Shown piece by piece: positions 57,171-64,000 of a stretch of 64,000 nucleotides of DNA. The translations under genes and the position numbers were made by a program. Numbering within the stretch: the stretch's first letter is position 1; every line of letters begins with the position of its first letter. The DNA comes from Massalongia carnosa (taxonomy: Eukaryota), in contig OZ287088.1 in the NCBI GenBank assembly GCA_965645245.1, forward strand, positions 310,001 through 374,000. Direction: 5' to 3'. Under the pieces are notes generated by a model that was not told the origin of the DNA, did not search any database, and saw only the letters and a list, made by a program, of their open reading frames with translations.

Positions 57171-59849
57171 TTAATCAAAAAACATACCGCCGGATATCTC
57201 GAGACGGGCCATTGAAATGACAGGGCTGTCGGGGACCTGCTTTGTTTCATTGACAAAATCGGGCTCGGCTTCATACTTACCCTCAAGGTCGTCTGTTGAA
57301 ATTTCTTTTGAAATTTCTTCGGAAAGATACTGCTGATTGTATTTTAATACATTTTCTCCAAGTTTCTTCAATCCCTCAACATAAAGATTAGCTGTTGGAT
57401 TAGTTGAAAATCGATCATAGCTTCTTTTACAGAGTGATTTATGCGCTAGTGCCGTAGCCATGCCCCACACATCCTCTGCGGCCGATTTTGCTGGATGCCT
57501 TGAAGAGTTGACTCTTCCAAAGTAAAACTCAACGATTTCTTTGAGCTTCATAAGATATGGACCGTTGAGTGCCCAGTTCTCGAGCAAGGTGTCACTATAC
57601 TTTGAAAAATAAGATCGCTCGTGCTGGAACGTCTTGAGGTTATTGTTTAGTATCTCTAAAAGCCGATCAGTCTCAAAACTCGACTCTTCGTCACCGCGTA
57701 AATTGACAAGACTATTCATTAAAATACTTTCCTGTAGCCTTATGGTCGCTGCGGAAGAATCAATCGCATGAAGGGTGTATAGAAGAGCTTGCGCATATTT
57801 CGGGGTGCCAGCTACGCTTGCCTGAAAGATCACCGTTGCGTGGCGCAATGCGTGACGAAGTAGTCCAATATCCGCATATTTGATTGCGTATCGAAGTGTT
57901 AGATACGATTCAACGTGATCACAGAAGTTCTGATGATTCTGAAATTGTTGATCAAGCGTTGGAGGAAGCATATCTATTGACGTTGAGGGTAATTCCGCGT
58001 GAAGTTTGCGAGATATCCTGCCCAACATATTCATCCAGGTGCCATCCTGCCCGCAAGTCTGCGCTGTGAGCCACGAAATAGTTGCTTCGATTCGCTGCGG
58101 AGCATATCCATCCTTTCGTAAAAACCTAATCCACGTCCCAACGATTCTAGCTTGATAGCTCTGAATGATCAGATCCTCTAAGGCCTGGAAATCGTTCGGC
58201 TGCACGACACGAGCGCGGCCCCACCGATCGGCGGCATATTGAAGAGTCGAAGGATCAACCGGCTGGGCCTCTCCCCAATGTATTTTATGAATAAGCTGCA
58301 GCATGTTAAAGCGAAGATGCCATAACCCTAATCCCGGTAAAATCCAGTCGAACCGATCGAAAGATTGCTCCGATATCCCACGACGTAATTCCTTGACAGA
58401 TTGCATTCTCGACCATGTCTTGAGGTCACCATAGATAAGCCGAATGACGCTCGCAAACGTCGAGTCATCCTCCTTGAACTTGAACTGTCGCACAAATATA
58501 TCCTCCAATATTTGAATATTATTAGATGTTGTGCTCTCATCCTTCATGACTGGTTTGATAGGAATGTAATTGGTCTTGTATTTTTTCATCTTATTCAGCA
58601 CGGGCATTGCAGTCGACCAAGGAAGTTGAACGTCGCCGATCTCTGGGCCATAAAGCGCTCGAATCGCTGACTCTAGATGATGAAGACGAATCTAGGTACG
58701 CGGTGCATTAGCGATTGAGCGCGGTATATACACCTCGTCCTGTATTGAACTCACCTGCATCTCGAGATCACCAGTCTCCAGCTTTCGCGCAATTCTTTCA
58801 GCTGATAAAAGATGCGTGGCGGGGCGCCACATATCCTGCCTCAAAGCGCCGGCATCGAATCCTTGCCCCTGGAAAATTAGAGCGGTAGTGATTGATCTGA
58901 CGTCTCTATTATCCCCCGTGCGCTCTCCTCGTTTATCTTCTGCGAAGTCAAAGTTATCGTATGTCAAGATCATGTTTGAGCCTTGTCCTAGCATCTGAAC
59001 CTTTCGTTCGGCCTCCTTAATCAAGGACAACATGCGCCGCTGCAGGGTAGTATATGACATCGTCAGGTCAAAATGACAGAGTGTATCTAGAACTCGCCGC
59101 CTCGCCCCACCTTGATAAATATAAAGGCCTAAGACGGACTGAATATTGGTCGCCTTATTTGGTCGCAATTTGTGACAAAGCATTGCCAATATAACGGTGT
59201 GCCGGCCGCTGGGAGAATCCAACGTCACATCGAGAGGTTCCTGCGGGCGAGCCTCGCGACAAACACTATCAATTAGCTCAAGCCATCGTGGCGCCAACTG
59301 CTTGGCGGCAGATGCAGCAAGTTTAATAGCCTCCAAGGTCCCAAACTCGACTGTCGCAGAGGGCGGCTGGAAAGGGCCAAAGGCTGCGTGAGCTGCCAAA
59401 GCTTTGATTTCTTCACGAAGCACATCCGCGGCCCAAACCCATCCTCTCTCGCGAAGGATAGTGGATATTCTACCAGGCCCAATGAGGCTTGAAAAGTCTT
59501 CTTGCCGCACAATATCGACATAGACAAAATCGAAGAGCTGGCCTTGCGCCTTTCGCATACTATGACGGGCTCGATTCTTACAAAGTGTTGATAAAAAATC
59601 TTTTACCGACCAATTTAGAGAGCTCAGAAATTTAAGCACCTCAACCAGCTTGTCGTAATCTGATATGCGCCGGCGGTGGCGTTTCGCGCCTCCATTTTTT
59701 TCAGGTAAGGCAGGAGGGGAGGAGGAAGAGGGTGAGCTATCATTACTGCCTGACGGCGATGGGTGGGGCCGGTTGAGCGCACCGGCGGGAGTCAAGGGAC
59801 TTGTCCGTAGGTCGGTAAGTGGCGAGGAGGGGCCCCCGACAAGAGCCAT
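57171..59849 (-). CDS. Academ/AcademH-type DDE transposase (DUF6589-like), 871 aa, intron 58692-58754
   Basis: The GTGAGT..CTAAT..TAG intron joins the two ORFs in frame with no stops; motifs TYDNFDF, YGDLKT, GLWHL, TDRLLE. Confidence 0.82.
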
Positions 59850-61788
59850 GGCTTTCGTCAGATAGCTTCAATCTAGATAAATCATACAATACCATTGATT
59901 GGCCGTCGTTATTCATATCATCATGATCTTTGTAACTCAATGTAATCGCGCCACATGAAAATAATCAGTTCATCAACCTCAAAATTGAGCGAAAGCGAAC
60001 AATTTATCACTTAATCGACTTTCACATCGCTTTTCTTAGCCTGACAGTAGTTATAACACATGATTATCGAGTCATCCATCTTGAGAGGTGCGTTTTTGGT
60101 ATAAAATACAGTCTCTGGTAAACTAATACGACCCTAATCATTGTATTAAATCCATAAAAGGAATGGTTGCACTGCTAAAATTTTTATTACGCGGATCTGG
60201 CCGTAATTTTGAGTTTTGCGCTCAGACGTGCTATCGCACTGATGTTAGTCAGCAGCGACGCTAACCCGGAGGGGCTTAGCCGGCTCATTGAGCCACGCAC
60301 GTCTGAGGTACTGAGGCAATCTTTAGTTAGCGTTCGTGTTTGCCGCTAAATTAGCCTCATTGATTATTAGTCACGAAAACCAAAACCAAAGATGATAGCG
60401 ACAGAAAATTTACATCTTTAAACGAGTATACGGTTGAATTTATATTCATATTAACTAACGATACTGAAGACTTGAAACGATCAAATAGAGATTCGACTTA
60501 GTTTTAGCGCTGAGAGGTTTGATGCACAGATGCAAAAGAACTGATGACGGCAGCATACATTGGTATGTACGTTTGAACTTCCTATCCAAGCGATCTCGAG
60601 GAGTTTATATCATTCGCAGTTACCTATGTATAAATAAATACCTGTGTATCTTTTAATCGGGTTATTATCACATGGTCTTGAAATAAGGTTGGTTTCAGAG
60701 ACTAGCCGCGGGAAATGATTCATTCCGACTCTCATGCTTTGAAAATGAGGCTCTGCGAGATCCGCGGGCAATATGAGTGGTTCCCCATCACGGAGGGTAT
60801 TGTACATACTTCAGCATGCACTATGCAGCATGCACTATGCAGCATGCATCATGGAGAACCAAGACATGCGAGATTTTATACGGGTAGCTGCACACATCTA
60901 TCATCCTACTGCTCTTTTAGTGGCTATAGGTGTTGCTTTCATCCATATCTACGCCCTGTAGCTAAGACACCATCCTCGCTTTGTTTGCCCCTACATAGTG
61001 AGGGCGGGTCTCGATCCCCGTTGCCCCCAACCCCTCTAGCGATTAGTTCGTTGCTTCTGGGTGTTGCGGTATGGCAAATTAGAGTTTTCAACCCTTTTAT
61101 GCTGCTTTCACGTGAAGTAGATGCATAGCAAAGTACACAGAGAGAGAGTGGGGACTTTTCCATCCTCCGCGGAACGAAGAAAAAAAAAAGCTGAATTTGT
61201 CAATTCTGTCGTATCCTCGGTGACTCCTTTCCGTATCATTTCGCTTGTTTTCAAGTTTGGCGATTGTGCGAAGCCGCTCCATTCTCGGTTTGCCCTGTGC
61301 CATGATTCGGTGTCGCCTTCCATTGGAGAAGGCTAGAAAATAAGGGCAGATCACTCGATTCCTTCCTATTCAGAAAGCCTATCGACGACGACCGAACATG
61401 ACCATCCATCATCAGATAGTGTCTATATTGATTTTATCGCCTTGTGTGACGATTATCCCGGAGGCTGATTGGTGCGATATCAACTGGCAATAAATGAATC
61501 AAGCATGGCCAAACCAACATCTAGCTTGACCACCATGATTTATCTTGCAGATTGGCACATGTGGTGATTCATGAGGTAATGTCAGGGGTAATCTTACGAG
61601 TCCAGAATCACAACGACGCCTCTAGGGGAGGGTATATAGGAAGTTTATAAAAAGGTCCAATTACCCTCGCAAAACCTTCGTTAACATCTTCTCGTCTATC
61701 TTCTCTCTCTAAAATCCGCAGTCTCTTCGTACATCTGTATTCGGCCACGCTCTTCGCAAACCCTGCCACACACGACTCGACTCTCGAT

Positions 61789-62526
61789 ATGTTTACTTCT
61801 CCCCTCCAGCGCCTAGTGGCGGGCCTCGCAGCTCTTCAGCTCACTCAAGCTGCTCCATCAGTGCTGGAAGCTCGCACCATAACTGAAAACCTAGCTACAG
61901 TAAGTCATTCCCTGCACTTTCCATTACCAATTGGTCTTGATTCTGAGCCCTAAGACCCGTTCCAGTTTGAGGACATCCCAACCAAGGACCTTGGTGCATC
62001 AGTCCAAGTCATCGGCAACTACAAGGATGTCTACTGGCGGGGTATGCGTCTCGTCTCGAAGGACGGTAGTGGTATAACCGAACCGCTGGGCTTATCCCCC
62101 CCAAATAGCATCACGGCCCCGGGCGTAATTCCTCACTCCCCACCCAAATGCGCCGGTTTTCCGTTCGTGGGTCAAACCGAGGATGGGATGGTGTCCATGA
62201 CGACCATCTACGATGGCTCTCCCCCGAATAAGCTCATCACCCTGCACTCTTTTTGGTGGGGCGCGGAGCTGCGAACCCAGCAAACGGTGGTAACAGTGCC
62301 GCAGAACGCGCAGCTGATTGTCATCGGATACAATCAGGCTAATGAGGCCGTCGCCGTCAGGAATTACGATTACGATTTCACCGGTTTAAGTCAGCAAATG
62401 GTCTTCGCGGACGCGGACTCGAGCTTCCAACTTGTCAGCTATGTGGAGTTTGCCGTCCAATCGGTAGCGGCCGGTCTGGTTGTTGCCATACTGTTGGATA
62501 GCCTTAATTATACCGTCACAACGTAG
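61789..62526 (+). CDS. Small secreted protein (223 aa), intron 61900-61965
   Basis: Signal-peptide-like MFTSPLQRLVAGLAALQLTQA-APS..EAR; GTAAGT..CAG intron in frame; TATA at ~61634-61652. Confidence 0.8.
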
Positions 62527-63296
62527 GTTACCATTCGTCTTCTGAGCGAATGTTGCGTAAGGGGAAAGTTTGAGTATCTCTTGAAAAGCACGAACATATT
62601 GCGGGCGAGAAATTGGACGGTCGACTACTTGTCGAAGGAGCGGTTTAGTATCTTTTGACTGTCTTTTCCCCTCACATTCACGTAATACTACGAGGTCGTT
62701 TCCCACTTAACTAGCTTAACTCTCAGATGTAGGAGACAGCATCAATCGCAATGCCGTTCTCCATCCGTACTAATATTTGCGTAGCATGTCCCATCTTACC
62801 AGGTATATTAAGCATTATCAGAGCCGCGGTAAAAAAAATCTGCTCCTAAAACCCCGAAACGCTATCCTCTCGATACAGGGCTCCTTTTCGCTATTTTTCG
62901 CGGTTCTTGGTGCCGCCCCCCTTTTTCTTGCCTGCCTGGCTGTCTACCTGCTTGGCATGCAGAGGTAGTGTTGAACAAAAATCAACTAGGCATACGGCAG
63001 CGGGATGCATGAGAAGAGGGTCTAGGTCTATCAAGAATAGGCAAAGAGAAGTGCTTGGCAAACGTGATGCAGGTACTCCGTATTTCCAGTGAAGATACTC
63101 CAAATTTAGCTATCTGCTGAACTGAATTCTGAACGACTGAATAGCTAAATTACATGAGGAATCACCCCCTCTTTATACTGCTTGAAGGCCTTCATCTCGA
63201 TTTTATATCAAATGCATGAACTTGCTTCCTTTGGACTTTTTCAGCTGAGCAAAAATACATTTTATTGTTGACTGGAGACCCCGAGACACTCAGTGA

Positions 63297-64000
63297 TCAC
63301 GAACAGCTGAAATGCCTCCGAAGTGTAGCATTTTTGCTTGGTAGTGATGATAATGCCGAATTTAAAGAACGAATTTTGGTCAAGCCTACCTCCGGATTGT
63401 AAGGTATCAACCCAGTTTTTTCCCAGGTTGATTTGATAATAGATGATTTAAATGCCTTTGTACGAAATTGATTGAATGCGGCCAGAAAATCCAGACCATT
63501 AAAGTCAACGTTACCCAACCGAATGGCGTTGTCATCAGCTTCAGCATGATAATGTTTCGTTGACTGAAAAACACCAAAGTCTAATGGCTGCGTCAAATGG
63601 GTTGAATGAGGAAATAATCCGAATAAACAGATCTTATTTTCTTTCGAATATTCCTAAAATTTATAAGTTAGATGAGATCCATATCCATATAACAAAAGAA
63701 GCCTAAACGCTCCTTTTTGAACCTTTTTTAAATGAGCATTAAAATGGTTTAACCACTCTAATGCTAGAAAATTATTCGAATAGCCGCTATCGCTTGTAGT
63801 CAACAAGATATCATCTTTCAAATCATTCTCTATGTAAATCCAAATGCTAGCTCATTAGGAGTCTTTCCGGTGGTGGAAGACGAAGAGTTGTTCAGAGATG
63901 ACTGAATAGAAACTAGGACTTTCGGCCAGTCAGCTGGAGCCTCCAGGGTGCTTATGTGAAAACGTAAGGCAATTTCCGCCGTTTGGTTCGTTCGTTCCGA
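63297..64000 (-). pseudogene. Degenerate pogo/Fot1-like transposase relic
   Basis: HSTHLTQPLDFGVFQ..KHYH..TGLIPYNP; upstream stops and frameshifts; runs off the window end. Confidence 0.8.

Larger units (their letters stand above)
54323..60319. mobile_element. Complete AcademH-like helicase-encoding DNA transposon (5,997 bp)
   Basis: 60-bp TIRs with 1 mismatch (54323-54382, 60260-60319), TSD tctttagt (54315-54322, 60320-60327), convergent RecQ-like helicase and DDE transposase genes. Confidence 0.9.

Overview
Repeat-dominated window from a filamentous ascomycete (spliceosomal GT..AG introns, a HET-domain gene, fungal transposon families). Only three probable host genes are present: a HET-domain gene (356-2440, -), an intron-containing HerA/FtsK-like P-loop NTPase (45191-47862, +) and a small secreted protein (61789-62526, +). 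The rest is deeply nested mobile DNA whose boundaries can mostly be read from TIRs, LTRs and target-site duplications (TSDs). (1) Three members of a helicase-encoding DNA transposon family resembling AcademH: a complete 6.0-kb copy at 54323-60319 with a RecQ-like helicase and a convergent DDE transposase, a deleted copy at 23784-33670 and a 366-bp miniature at 3570-3935, all with TTGCC..GGCAA-type ends and apparent 8-bp TSDs. (2) Two copies of a tyrosine-recombinase (YR) retrotransposon lacking recognisable DIRS/Ngaro terminal repeats, bounded by CTAG, with a ~190-aa repetitive insert in RNase H. (3) Two Tc1-like DD38E elements with CACG..CGTG ends and no TA TSD. (4) Two Mutator-like elements, three pogo/Fot1-like elements, several Ty3/gypsy and Ty1/copia elements and solo LTRs. 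(5) A 16-kb LTR-bounded segment with a 5-bp TSD that carries the intron-containing host NTPase gene inside a pogo transposase. All family assignments come from motif recognition by eye; no database searches were run.
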